Positions 48,590 to 58,361 of a DNA stretch of 64,000 nt are shown piece by piece (positions within the stretch are counted from its first letter, which is position 1; every line of letters starts with the position of its first letter). The notes below the pieces were generated by a model. It was not told the DNA's origin. It made no database searches and saw only the letters and a program-made list of their open reading frames with translations. This stretch comes from an uncultured Bacteroidales bacterium. GTDB taxonomy: Bacteria > Bacteroidota > Bacteroidia > Bacteroidales > GCA-2748055. Both the position numbers and the translations under genes were made by a program. The stretch covers positions 182,125 to 246,124 of the forward strand of contig CAVZZV010000001.1 of NCBI GenBank assembly GCA_963779845.1, written 5' to 3'.

Positions 48590-49555
48590 TTATTTATCGT
48601 AGTCCATGGTAATTTTAGTCCCATAAGAACGATCTTCCAGCTTGAAGGCTTCAGTAATGACCGACTTGGACCCTCCCCCCCCGATAAACCGCAGACTGGC
48701 CAATATCTTTGGCTTCATGCTCCCCTCGCTAAACTGGCCCTCCTGAAGATACTTAAGAGTATCCGCATAATTGAGGAATTCCCTCGCTTCCTGTTGCGGG
48801 GTGTTATAATTAAGGTAGACGAAAGGGACATCCGTCAGAATATAAAACTCGTCCGCTCCGATTGAAGTTGCCAGCAGTGATGATGCCAAATCCTTATCAA
48901 TCACGGCCTCTGCAGTACGGATGTTCTCTTTTTCATCGATGTACACAGGGATGCCGCCTCCCCCTGCTGCAATGACAATATTCCCGGCCAGAGCCAATTC
49001 CTTCACAATTCCACTGTTCATTACCGAAACCGGATCCGGGGAGGGAACCACTCTTCGCCAACCCTCCTTCGTCCTTTCCTCTTCCCTGAATATCCATGAT
49101 TTTTCTTCACCTATTCGTCTGGCTTCTTCCTGAGTGCAGGTCCTGCCAATCCGTTTAACCGGATTGCTAAATGCCGGATCGTTCTGATCGACGACTACCT
49201 GTGTAACAAGAGTAATAACCTCCTTTTTGATGTGGTATTTTATCAGTATGTTTCTTAACATCCTTTCAATCATGAAACCTATTCCACCCTGGGAATCGGC
49301 CACGCAGATATCAAGTGGCATTGGAGGAATGCCATACATGCTTTCGCCCGCATCGTTCCGAAGAAGTATATTGCCTACCTGTGGCCCATTGCCATGGCTC
49401 AATACGAGTTCATAACCTTCACGAATAAGGAAAATTAAATTCTCCAGGGTGTCCATGGTATTTTGTTCCTGCTCTTCGATAGTCCCCAGTTGTGCCTCGC
49501 GTAATAATGCGTTGCCTCCCATCGCAACCACGGCCATTTTTTTTGATTTCTTCAT
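48590..49555 (-). CDS. arcC: Carbamate kinase
   Basis: VAMGGNAL, HGNGPQVG, WRRVVPSP, GGGGIPV, EAVIDKD, GSMKPK. Confidence 0.96.
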   Translation of the reverse strand: MKKSKKMAVVAMGGNALLREAQLGTIEEQEQNTMDTLENLIFLIREGYELVLSHGNGPQVGNILLRNDAGESMYGIPPMPLDICVADSQGGIGFMIERMLRNILIKYHIKKEVITLVTQVVVDQNDPAFSNPVKRIGRTCTQEEARRIGEEKSWIFREEERTKEGWRRVVPSPDPVSVMNSGIVKELALAGNIVIAAGGGGIPVYIDEKENIRTAEAVIDKDLASSLLATSIGADEFYILTDVPFVYLNYNTPQQEAREFLNYADTLKYLQEGQFSEGSMKPKILASLRFIGGGGSKSVITEAFKLEDRSYGTKITMDYDK

Positions 49556-49707
49556 TTTCCATAAATTTTACAGTGCCTGACAAAAATATAGCTTTACTTT
49601 GTGATTTGTCTGCCGCGATTTATTGTTATACAACAATGTTTAAAACTATTTTCCCATTTATATGAATATTTTATACCTTTACCCTCAGATTTAACCGAAG
49701 GTATAAA

Positions 49708-50400
49708 ATGCTCATTATTAGATATTTACAATTTACAATCTCTGTAATCCTCCTGTCGGTTTTCATGAGCGCCTGCAATCGTGAACCAAAAATTAAGGAA
49801 GTAAAGGCAACAGTCATTGACTATCATGTAGATTATATGGCCGAAAAGGCAGGAAGCATTCCCACCAGCATCCTTCCCCGAAAAATGGAATTGATTTTTT
49901 CCGAACCCTATGCGCTTAACCATATTGAAGGACTCATGGGTCAGTTTTCCCTTACCTATATTGCCAATCTTAATAAGAAGACGGTCATCACCCTGCTAAA
50001 AATTTTTGATAAAAAATATTATCATAAGGGAAAGGCTGGGGAAATGCCTGTAGGGATTGATCAATTTGAAAACATGAGTATCTCGAAGGGATCGGCCGTC
50101 CGTGAAATAGCTGGTTTCGACAGTGAAGAATTAATCCTGCGTATTCCCGGAAAAAACGATGTATCCATGTACAGCACTAAGGAATTAAATATAAAATCGC
50201 CCAATATTACCACTCCCTATCGCCAGGAGGAAGAGGTGCTTCTTATTTTTTATACAAGTCTTAGTAATATGGAGATGATACTTACAGCCCAGGATTATCG
50301 GGAGGTAAGCGTAAGTAATGAGATTTTCCAGGTGCCTGCGGACCATCGGAGGATTTCTAAGGAAAGTATGGAAGAAGCTATTCGCGAACTGTTCAAATAA
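49708..50400 (+). CDS. Hypothetical lipoprotein
   Basis: Lipobox FMSAC, REIAGF motif and a C-terminal F.VP.D...IS (reminiscent of DUF4412/GLPGLI-like proteins). Confidence 0.65.
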   Translation: MLIIRYLQFTISVILLSVFMSACNREPKIKEVKATVIDYHVDYMAEKAGSIPTSILPRKMELIFSEPYALNHIEGLMGQFSLTYIANLNKKTVITLLKIFDKKYYHKGKAGEMPVGIDQFENMSISKGSAVREIAGFDSEELILRIPGKNDVSMYSTKELNIKSPNITTPYRQEEEVLLIFYTSLSNMEMILTAQDYREVSVSNEIFQVPADHRRISKESMEEAIRELFK

Positions 50401-50442
50401 GTTTTCTGTTTTTATGCCCTTCAAATAGATTATAGCATTACT

Positions 50443-52782
50443 ATGGCGAAGAAGAAAAAAAAAGGTTTGGTATTGTTTCTTCGGAATATCGTTCTGTTTT
50501 TCAGGGACGAACGTTTCAGAATTACCCTGGGAATATTCCTCATCATCCTTTCGGCCTATTCGATGATCGCTTTTGTCTCATACTTTTTCACATGGCAGGA
50601 AGATCAGGACTTCTTATGGGCAAAAGTATTTTCCGGACCGGAGGTGCAGGTGGAAAATCATGCCGGGAAAGTGGGAGCCTGGTTGTCCGCACTCTTTATC
50701 AATAAATGGTTTGGAATTGCAAGTCTTTCCCTCCCCTTTTTGTTTCTCATCCTGGGATTTTATTTCCTGCGTTTGCGTATTTTTAAAACGGCCAAAACAA
50801 TCCGAAACCTTCTGATCGGCACAATTATCTTCTCTGTGCTTTTTGGCTTTGTATTTGGAAAAAGTAATGGGTTCCTGGGAAGTGGGCCAGGAGGTGCACA
50901 TGGTTACTACATAAGTAACTGGCTTTCTGCAAGTATCGGGAAAGCCGGGACTGCCCTGCTTTTAGTCATCCTTATCATCGGATACTCCATCTATGCTTTT
51001 AATAAATCCTCCTTTACGATAATCGGCCGATTAAGGAAAAAAGGGGAAGGGAAACCTTCTCACGGAGTTGATAATTCAACAGGCAATCACAACGATGAAA
51101 TGGAAATAGATCTGCTTCCCCGCGAGGAGAAAACAGAGGAAGTTGACCTTGACCCCATTCCAGTCCTTAAGGGCCCCACTAGGGCTGAGAAAGAAGAAGA
51201 CAAAAGCAGTGGGATCGAACTAATGATCGAAAAACAACCTGGAGATGAAACAACATCCACCGGATCGCTTGAAGAGGATTACGATCCAACACTCGACCTC
51301 TCCGGTTACAGGTATCCATCGCTTTCTCTCCTGAGCGACCATGAAGTAGGAAATCCCAATGTGAGTAATGAAGAGCTCCTTAGCAACAAAAACAAGATCG
51401 TTGAAACACTGGCCAACTACAAAATTACCATCGATAAGATAAAAGCAACCATTGGACCCACGGTAACCCTATACGAGATCATTCCGGCTCCTGGGATCAG
51501 AATCGCTAAAATCAAAAGCCTGGAGGACGATATCGCCTTGAGTCTGGCTGCACTGGGCATCCGGATTATTGCCCCCATTCCGGGAAAAGGGACTATTGGC
51601 ATAGAGGTACCCAATCAACAGCCCCGTACCGTTGGGATGAAGAATATTTTGGCTTCCAAAAAGTTCCAGGATACTAAATTTGATCTTCCGGTAGCCCTGG
51701 GCAAAACGATTTCAAATGAAACCTATGTTTTTGATCTCACCCGAATGCCCCATTTACTTGTAGCGGGAGCAACCGGACAAGGCAAATCGGTAGGACTCAA
51801 TGCTATTATCACCTCACTGCTTTACAAAAAACACCCCTCCCAGTTAAAATTCGTTCTTGTAGACCCTAAAAAGGTTGAACTTACGCTTTACAGCAAAATT
51901 GAACGTCACTTCCTGGCGAAGCTTCCCGATACAGAAGAAGCAATTATTACCGATACCCAAAAGGTTATCACCACACTGAATTCCCTTACCATTGAAATGG
52001 ACCAGCGCTATAACCTCCTGAAACATGCGCATGTAAGAAACATTAAGGAATACAACGAGAAATTTATCAAAAGAAAATTAAACCCCGACAAGGGGCACCG
52101 ATATCTTCCATATATTGTTTTAGTTATCGATGAATTTGCGGACCTTATCATGACTGCGGGCCGTGAAATTGAGAACCCTATTGCCCGTCTCGCGCAACTC
52201 GCCCGGGCCATTGGTATCCATCTGATCATTGCGACCCAAAGACCCACGACAAATATTATTACCGGGGTGATCAAAGCCAACTTCCCGGCAAGGATTGCGT
52301 TCAGGGTGATGTCAGTTATTGACTCCCGTACCATTCTTGATTCCTCAGGAGCCAACCAGCTTATTGGGCGGGGCGACCTGCTGATCTCTAACGGAAACGA
52401 ACCTACCCGGCTTCAGTGCGCCTTTATCGACACTCCCGAGCTTGATAACCTTACGGAATTCATTGGTGGACAACGCGGCTACCCTTCCGCCCTCCTTCTC
52501 CCCGAAGTCATTGATGAACAATCAGAGGCCTTCGCGGTAGATCTTAAAAAGAGAGACAGCAAATTTGAAGAGGCTGCACGTATGGTGGTACAATTTCAGC
52601 AGGGATCCACCTCTCTGATCCAGCGCAAACTCTCTCTGGGCTATAACCGGGCAGGGAGGATTGTGGACCAGTTGGAAGCCGCAGGGATCCTCGGCCCTTT
52701 TGAAGGCAGCAAAGCCAGGGAAGTACTGATACAGGATGAAATAAGTTTGGAACAGATTTTGAGCGGTCTGGAGAACAACTAA
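50443..52782 (+). CDS. ftsK: DNA translocase FtsK
   Basis: N-terminal TM domain, PHLLVAGATGQGKS, IDEFADL, ATQRP and gamma domain STSLIQRKL.LGYNRAGR. Confidence 0.97.
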   Translation: MAKKKKKGLVLFLRNIVLFFRDERFRITLGIFLIILSAYSMIAFVSYFFTWQEDQDFLWAKVFSGPEVQVENHAGKVGAWLSALFINKWFGIASLSLPFLFLILGFYFLRLRIFKTAKTIRNLLIGTIIFSVLFGFVFGKSNGFLGSGPGGAHGYYISNWLSASIGKAGTALLLVILIIGYSIYAFNKSSFTIIGRLRKKGEGKPSHGVDNSTGNHNDEMEIDLLPREEKTEEVDLDPIPVLKGPTRAEKEEDKSSGIELMIEKQPGDETTSTGSLEEDYDPTLDLSGYRYPSLSLLSDHEVGNPNVSNEELLSNKNKIVETLANYKITIDKIKATIGPTVTLYEIIPAPGIRIAKIKSLEDDIALSLAALGIRIIAPIPGKGTIGIEVPNQQPRTVGMKNILASKKFQDTKFDLPVALGKTISNETYVFDLTRMPHLLVAGATGQGKSVGLNAIITSLLYKKHPSQLKFVLVDPKKVELTLYSKIERHFLAKLPDTEEAIITDTQKVITTLNSLTIEMDQRYNLLKHAHVRNIKEYNEKFIKRKLNPDKGHRYLPYIVLVIDEFADLIMTAGREIENPIARLAQLARAIGIHLIIATQRPTTNIITGVIKANFPARIAFRVMSVIDSRTILDSSGANQLIGRGDLLISNGNEPTRLQCAFIDTPELDNLTEFIGGQRGYPSALLLPEVIDEQSEAFAVDLKKRDSKFEEAARMVVQFQQGSTSLIQRKLSLGYNRAGRIVDQLEAAGILGPFEGSKAREVLIQDEISLEQILSGLENN

Positions 52783-52916
52783 ATCCTGGGCACATGGCAG
52801 TTCGTTATTTTCCATAAAAACCCAGACACAAAAAATAAAACCGGAACCTTTAACCAGAAGCGGGGTGCTGCTTGACCCTTCACAAAAAAGGTATTCCACA
52901 TATAAAATTATTAACC

Positions 52917-53582
52917 ATGAAACACAGCCTGATTCTCCTGATGAGCATCCTAACCCTGAATTTGCAGGCACAATCCTCCCCGAATCAGCCGGTACAGGAT
53001 CCAGGGGCAGAGATATACCTTGACAAACTCGCTGAAATTTTTACCGGCCAGGAGGCTGTCCAGATGGAATTCAAATACGAAGTCATTTCAAGGATCGAGA
53101 ATACCAAAGTGTCGGATTTCGGTTCCATCATCATAAAAGGGGAAAAATATAAGATGAAAACGGAAGATACCGAAGTATACTTCAACGGCGTTAATCTTTG
53201 GACCTATTCCGTAAATGTGGATGAAGTATACCTTTCAGAACCCGATCCCGAAAGCATGGACCAGACTCTGGCCAATCCCTTTCTTTTGATAGGGAATTAC
53301 AAAGATTATTATAAATATAAACTAAAGAACGAAACCACCGCTGAGGGTAGAAAATATGCTGTGGTTGAATTATATCCCAAGGACCCGGATGTTGAATACA
53401 GCATTCTGCGCATACTCATCAATAAAACTTCGTTATTGCCCTATTCCTTTACCATGCAGCAGAAAAATGGCTTTGATTTCAACATCATCATCAATGAATT
53501 TATACAAAATGTAAAAATAGGGGATGCTACTTTTGAATGGGATTCCTTGGCGCATCCGGATGTGATGGTTATTGAGATGTAA
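52917..53582 (+). CDS. lolA: LolA-like outer membrane lipoprotein carrier
   Basis: Signal peptide from ATG 52917, G....KG.KY, Y.NG...W.Y....EV, NP. Follows ftsK as is typical. Confidence 0.8.
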   Translation: MKHSLILLMSILTLNLQAQSSPNQPVQDPGAEIYLDKLAEIFTGQEAVQMEFKYEVISRIENTKVSDFGSIIIKGEKYKMKTEDTEVYFNGVNLWTYSVNVDEVYLSEPDPESMDQTLANPFLLIGNYKDYYKYKLKNETTAEGRKYAVVELYPKDPDVEYSILRILINKTSLLPYSFTMQQKNGFDFNIIINEFIQNVKIGDATFEWDSLAHPDVMVIEM

Positions 53583-53655
53583 AAAGGTCTGCGTGATCCA
53601 TTGGTTGCATAAAATAACCAAGTCGAAAAAGCAGAAAACTATGCAGGGTAAGTGA

Positions 53656-55806
53656 TTATAAAACAGCCTCTTTCGGATATTCAATCCTCGCATGATAGAT
53701 GTTCACAAGCTTGCTTTTCAGGACTTCTTTAATCTTCGTGAAATCCCGGAAGGTGATCTCGACATTGTCGAATTGTTTTTCGCTGATCTGGTAACTGATG
53801 ATATCTTCAACAAGTTTATTAATAATTTCCTTGTTAATAAGCTTTAAGCTGCGGGCAGCCGCCTCGACCGAATCGGCCATCATAAGTACCGCAGTTTCCC
53901 GGCTAAATGGTTTAGGCCCGGGGTAGGTGAATTTCTCGGCATCCACCTCGGCATCGGGATATTTTTTGAGATAGGAGCGGTAAAAATATAACACTTTGGT
54001 GGTCCCGTGGTGCGTACGGATAAAGTCGATGATCACATTCGGGAGTTTGTGTTTTTTTGCCAGCTCGATACCAATGGTTACATGTGAAATTATCTTGGCG
54101 GCTGATTCTTCGAAATCCAGATTGTCGTGTGGATTAAAATTTGATGTCAGATTTTCGATAAAATAAGAGGGATCGTTCATTTTGCCAATATCGTGATAAA
54201 GTGCCGCCGTGCGAACCAGAAGGGAATTTCCTCCGATGGTGAGTACTGCCTCCTCGGCCAGGTTGGCTACCTGAAGGGAATGCTGTAGAGTACCGGGCGC
54301 TTTTTCAGAGAGTTCCCGTAACAATGGCTGATTGGTATCGGACAGCTCAAGAAGAGTGGCATCTGAAATAAATCCAAAGGATTTTTCAAATATATAGATT
54401 AAGGGATAGGAGGACAAGAGGAGAAGTGCGTTTCCAGCAAACCAGGTGTAATTTCGCCAATCGATACTCGCCAGGCTGCCTTCCTGAAGGATACTCATAC
54501 CGGTGTAAACCACACTATAAGAAAAGAATGCAAAAATAGCGGTTACAAACAGAATCCCCCTCCGATAAACATTTCTTAGAGCAAAGAGGGTAATAACCCC
54601 GGCTATAAAATTCAGAAAAACGAATTCAAATGCATTGGGAGCCCAGAATCCTATAAGCAAAATGCTTATTATGTGGGCAAACAAGGCTATCCTGGCATCA
54701 TAGAAAGTTTTTATGATAATGGGCAATAATACAAATGGAACCACGTAAAAACTGATGGCCTCGGCCCGAATGGTAATGGCAGCGAGGACGGCAACGATAT
54801 CGACTAAAAGAATAATAAAAAAGGTTTTTTTTGCGGATTCAAGCACCTCCTTTCTAAAGTGGAAAAGGAACAAATACAGGACAACGAACGCAAATCCAAC
54901 CAGGATGATCTGCCCGACGAATATCAAATTGTAATCGCGCGAAACATCAAGGTTTGTTTCATATTCATGCTTGAGTGATTGCAGAATCCTGAACTTCTCC
55001 TCAGTAATTGGTTCGCCTAATGCGATGATCTTCTCTCCCTCCTGCACCATGCCCTGGGTCAATGAAACCTCTGACTTCAGGCTTTCTTTAACCCGATTTG
55101 AAGTATTTTCATCGAATATGAGATTGGCTTCAATCAGTGAAGAGGGGTCGTAAAAAGCAGAAAAACGCCCCGAAGCTTCAATATGCGGCTGAAACTTTGC
55201 AGCCAGAGCCTTGAGTTCCGTCATCAGGCTCTCATAAGCCTTTGGCTGGGTGAATACATTTCCGGCGGTACGTTCGGTAACGACCTGTCCATTCATCACA
55301 TTAATAACCGCATCGTTCTTTATGGCCAGTTCTAGTTGGATGGGGTCACTGACAATTCCCCGGGAATAAATGTTCCCGATCAGCTGGTCCAGGGTAGTGT
55401 AATAGGTTTGCTTCAGTGCTCCCTCTTTTAGGTTCGATCCTAATACTGACCGGGCAGAATCAGTTCGCGCTTCACGCCTGGTGATATAATTTTTCCAGGC
55501 TGCCTCAAAATCGATTTTAAGCTTAGCCTGCACTTCAGGATAGACGAGTGAATCTACCTGGAAATATGGCTGAAATCTTTTTAAAAGGCTGTCTGTCTCA
55601 GATTGCACCTCAGCATCCGATTTATATATAGGGAAGTCGAATGGTGCCACGAGTATTTCATGCATCCAGGGCTTGCCTTTTTGAAATTCATACCGGAATT
55701 TCCCCTGCCGGGGAAAAAGGGATAATATTACGGCTGCTCCTGCAAGGAAAATAAAAAATAAGCTTGCCGATTTAAGAAAACCTTTGACCTTTTGATAAAA
55801 TCGCAT
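53656..55806 (-). CDS. 7TM-HD family phosphohydrolase (PgpH-like, HDIG)
   Basis: Extracytoplasmic domain, 7 TM segments, APGT..HS..VANLAE, YHDIGK, HHGT, YPGPKP, ADSVEAA.RSL. Confidence 0.92.
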   Translation of the reverse strand: MRFYQKVKGFLKSASLFFIFLAGAAVILSLFPRQGKFRYEFQKGKPWMHEILVAPFDFPIYKSDAEVQSETDSLLKRFQPYFQVDSLVYPEVQAKLKIDFEAAWKNYITRREARTDSARSVLGSNLKEGALKQTYYTTLDQLIGNIYSRGIVSDPIQLELAIKNDAVINVMNGQVVTERTAGNVFTQPKAYESLMTELKALAAKFQPHIEASGRFSAFYDPSSLIEANLIFDENTSNRVKESLKSEVSLTQGMVQEGEKIIALGEPITEEKFRILQSLKHEYETNLDVSRDYNLIFVGQIILVGFAFVVLYLFLFHFRKEVLESAKKTFFIILLVDIVAVLAAITIRAEAISFYVVPFVLLPIIIKTFYDARIALFAHIISILLIGFWAPNAFEFVFLNFIAGVITLFALRNVYRRGILFVTAIFAFFSYSVVYTGMSILQEGSLASIDWRNYTWFAGNALLLLSSYPLIYIFEKSFGFISDATLLELSDTNQPLLRELSEKAPGTLQHSLQVANLAEEAVLTIGGNSLLVRTAALYHDIGKMNDPSYFIENLTSNFNPHDNLDFEESAAKIISHVTIGIELAKKHKLPNVIIDFIRTHHGTTKVLYFYRSYLKKYPDAEVDAEKFTYPGPKPFSRETAVLMMADSVEAAARSLKLINKEIINKLVEDIISYQISEKQFDNVEITFRDFTKIKEVLKSKLVNIYHARIEYPKEAVL

Positions 55807-55846
55807 ATTTCATCTGCTTAACGATTACGAAGATACAATTAATTTT

Positions 55847-55883
55847 ATAAAAAAACCGCTTAAGTGGATTGCATAAGCGGTTT
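55847..55883 (-). terminator. Intrinsic terminator after siaC
   Basis: 10-bp inverted repeat AAACCGCTTA/TAAGCGGTTT (55853-55862 and 55874-55883) with a T-tract on the minus strand. Confidence 0.7.
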
Positions 55884-55904
55884 CAGGGATCAAAGAGTTT
55901 AATA

Positions 55905-56291
55905 TCAGTCAACAATTTCAACCATTTTAAAGGGGACACGGATAATGGACTGATAATCCTCCCCAGCCTCCAGCATATCTTCATCATCCTCTTCGTAATA
56001 CCAATTGATGATCACATCAAATTCAGGTTTATTTTTATGAATATGTTCCAGTTTTTTAAAGACATCCAGGATACATTTGGATGAACTTGTATTGAAATAC
56101 TCAAGCTGGATATTAACCTTGGTTTGTTTCCTGGGTGCTTTACCATATTCATCAAGCCAATCTACCAGAGGCTTGTAAAACTCAATGGAATTTTCAGGAA
56201 TCGAACGTCCTTTTATCTCCATCAAACCATCATCAGCATCAAATTTTACAGTGGGTGTTTTCGCGCTTCCTTCTATTGAAATAGCTTCCAT
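55905..56291 (-). CDS. siaC: SiaC family regulatory phosphoprotein (DUF1987)
   Basis: TP.V.FD, G.S.PEN..EFY.P, LEYFNTSSSK (phospho-Thr motif), WYYEEDDEDMLEAGED. Confidence 0.9.
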   Translation of the reverse strand: MEAISIEGSAKTPTVKFDADDGLMEIKGRSIPENSIEFYKPLVDWLDEYGKAPRKQTKVNIQLEYFNTSSSKCILDVFKKLEHIHKNKPEFDVIINWYYEEDDEDMLEAGEDYQSIIRVPFKMVEIVD

Positions 56292-56320
56292 ATTTATCTT
56301 AATTATTATTTGGTTAAGGG

Positions 56321-56872
56321 TCAGGTTACAATCACGGTAAGTTCAAAAAAGAAATATTCATTGTTATAGTTCTCAAAGGAGTATTCCAGCTTATTGCCGG
56401 TCTTACGTGCGATATCAACCAATCCGAGACCTCCACCCCCTTTTGCACTCAACTTTTGATGATTGAGGATAAACTTGTACATCTCTTTTAAATCATCTCT
56501 CGACAAGGAGTTAATCTTATCTATTTTGTCCTTTAGGGCTTTTATCCTCGTGGAATTTATAAAATTACCTGTAGTTACTTTGTAAATATTTTCCTCCATC
56601 CTAGAAACTACAAGAATCCCAAACCGCGGATCGAATTTCTCCCTCATTCCGTCAGGAAGATCGTCTATATGATGATATAAATTTTGTAAGCTTTCGACCA
56701 GAACATTATAGACCTTTTTACGGATCTTGGAAGTTTCATTAAGGTCATCCAGTTTAGCTTCGACAACTTCGAGAACATTGCTGATCAGATCACTGGTTAT
56801 ACTTCCTTTATAGGCAAGGAGCACATCCTCAGCATTCAATTTGTCATAATACTCATTAATATCAAAGCTCAT
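56321..56872 (-). CDS. siaB: SiaB family protein kinase (DUF6272, GHKL-like)
   Basis: YKG.I, VE.LQN..HH, TGN, GGGGLGLVDIARKTG.KL.Y.F. Confidence 0.88.
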   Translation of the reverse strand: MSFDINEYYDKLNAEDVLLAYKGSITSDLISNVLEVVEAKLDDLNETSKIRKKVYNVLVESLQNLYHHIDDLPDGMREKFDPRFGILVVSRMEENIYKVTTGNFINSTRIKALKDKIDKINSLSRDDLKEMYKFILNHQKLSAKGGGGLGLVDIARKTGNKLEYSFENYNNEYFFFELTVIVT

Positions 56873-56983
56873 CTAGGCTATTTTCAAAAATGAAATCGTA
56901 TAAAAATACGAAAATTTATTGCTCAACAAATATATTAAAAAAACTAAGTTTTAAAAACGCGACCCCGGCTATATATAGCTTAT

Positions 56984-57010
56984 GGACTTCCTTTCCTGCC
57001 AAATGGTTGC
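56984..57010 (-). promoter_or_regulatory. Candidate ECF sigma promoter GCAAC-N17-AGTCC upstream of siaB
   Basis: Minus strand gcaac catttggcaggaaagga agtcc, with the same spacing as the motif at 18572-18598. Confidence 0.4.
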
Positions 57011-57197
57011 ATTCCTAATCAATAATTTGAAATTCACTATAAATTAAATACATTCCTTTCACTTTCTAAAATTTATTTAACTCTTTTTTTTAGAAAAAAA
57101 TACCTGATATTAAGTTGATTTATAGATATTTATAAATTATTAATTGTTAGATGAAAAAATATATCTAATCTTTTCTTCCATTTCCTATAAAACAGGT

Positions 57198-58361
57198 TCA
57201 TTTCTCATTCTTATTGAACGAATTCTTTCTCTTTCCACTAAACAGTTCATATTTATTAAATTTACACTTTAGTTTCCCGTTGAGTAATTCCCTTTTTTCG
57301 GATGGCCTCAACCCGATAAATTTCATGGCCTCCATGTTTGCACTTAAAATCCAGGCCTCGTAACCCTGGAAATTATTTTTAAGCCTGTCTCCAATGTTTT
57401 TATAAAAATTTTCAAGTTGCCCCTCTCTTAAACGTTCTCCATAAGGGGGGTTCATCATGATTATGCCGGTCCGGTCAGCCATAGGTTTCAATTCATTAAA
57501 ATCCTTTCTTTGAAAGCTTATACAATCCTCCAGCAAAGCCTTTCTGACATTGTCTTCGGCAAGCTCGATAGCCATTGCTGAAATATCATATCCCATGATC
57601 TTGTGGTGAAAAGGCCTGCTCACCAAAAGGGTTTCAAGGATCCGGTTGTAGAGCTCCTCATCATAGTCCAACCAGTTCATAAATGCGAAAGATTTCCGGA
57701 GGATTCCGGGGGGGATTCCCCGGGCAATCAAGGCTGCTTCAATGGGCAAGGTACCAGATCCACACATGGGATCAATAAAATCACACCCCCCATCCCAACC
57801 ACTCATCAGGATCATACCGGCAGCAAGGGCTTCATTCAACGGAGCGATATATTGTTTGGTGCGGTATCCGCGTTTAAAAAGCGGTTCTCCCGAACTGTCA
57901 AGGGATACATCGACCCGTTCACCATTCACATGTACATTTATGGAAACCTCTGCATTTTCCGTATCCACAGTGGGACGTCTGCCCAGATCATCCCTGAAAC
58001 GATCCACGATAGCATCCTTAACTTTTAGCGCGACATAATGGCTGTGGTTAAAATTTTTAGAATTCACCGCACTTCTTACAGCGATGGTACGCCCGGGAAC
58101 AAAATATTCCTTCCAGTCGATCTTATAGATCCCGTCATAGAGCTGATCATCATTCAGGGCTTTAAACGATTTAATGTGCATTAATATCCTTATGGCAGTA
58201 CGGAGTGACAGGTTAAGTTTATAAAGCTGGGCTTTGCTTGCCTTAAATTTTATGGCCCGTTGAAATTGCTGGTGTTCAGTTATTCCATGCTTTTTTAATT
58301 CAGAAGTCAACACTTCCTCAAGCCCGAAAAGGGTGGTCACCACATATGAATCGCCACTCAT
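57198..58361 (-). CDS. rlmL: THUMP-domain RNA methyltransferase (RlmL-like, m2G2445)
   Basis: FGLE.VL..EL, DSSGEPLFKRGYR, APLNEALAAG, DPMCGSGT, NPPYGER. Confidence 0.88.
   Translation of the reverse strand: MSGDSYVVTTLFGLEEVLTSELKKHGITEHQQFQRAIKFKASKAQLYKLNLSLRTAIRILMHIKSFKALNDDQLYDGIYKIDWKEYFVPGRTIAVRSAVNSKNFNHSHYVALKVKDAIVDRFRDDLGRRPTVDTENAEVSINVHVNGERVDVSLDSSGEPLFKRGYRTKQYIAPLNEALAAGMILMSGWDGGCDFIDPMCGSGTLPIEAALIARGIPPGILRKSFAFMNWLDYDEELYNRILETLLVSRPFHHKIMGYDISAMAIELAEDNVRKALLEDCISFQRKDFNELKPMADRTGIIMMNPPYGERLREGQLENFYKNIGDRLKNNFQGYEAWILSANMEAMKFIGLRPSEKRELLNGKLKCKFNKYELFSGKRKNSFNKNEK

Noticed and set aside
48675-48682. C8 tract in arcC as a phase-variation site
   Set aside because: It is a single in-frame tract encoding a Gly run near the C-terminus, with no other support.
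53656-56872. siaB-siaC-7TM-HD as a single operon
   Set aside because: A strong terminator hairpin at 55853-55883 separates siaC from the HD gene. The link is kept only as a hypothesis.
57120-57155. dif-like site (…TATAA-ATTATT-AATTGTTAGAT) near ftsK
   Set aside because: Only 7 of 11 positions match the XerD arm, in very AT-rich DNA, so the match is not distinguishable from chance.
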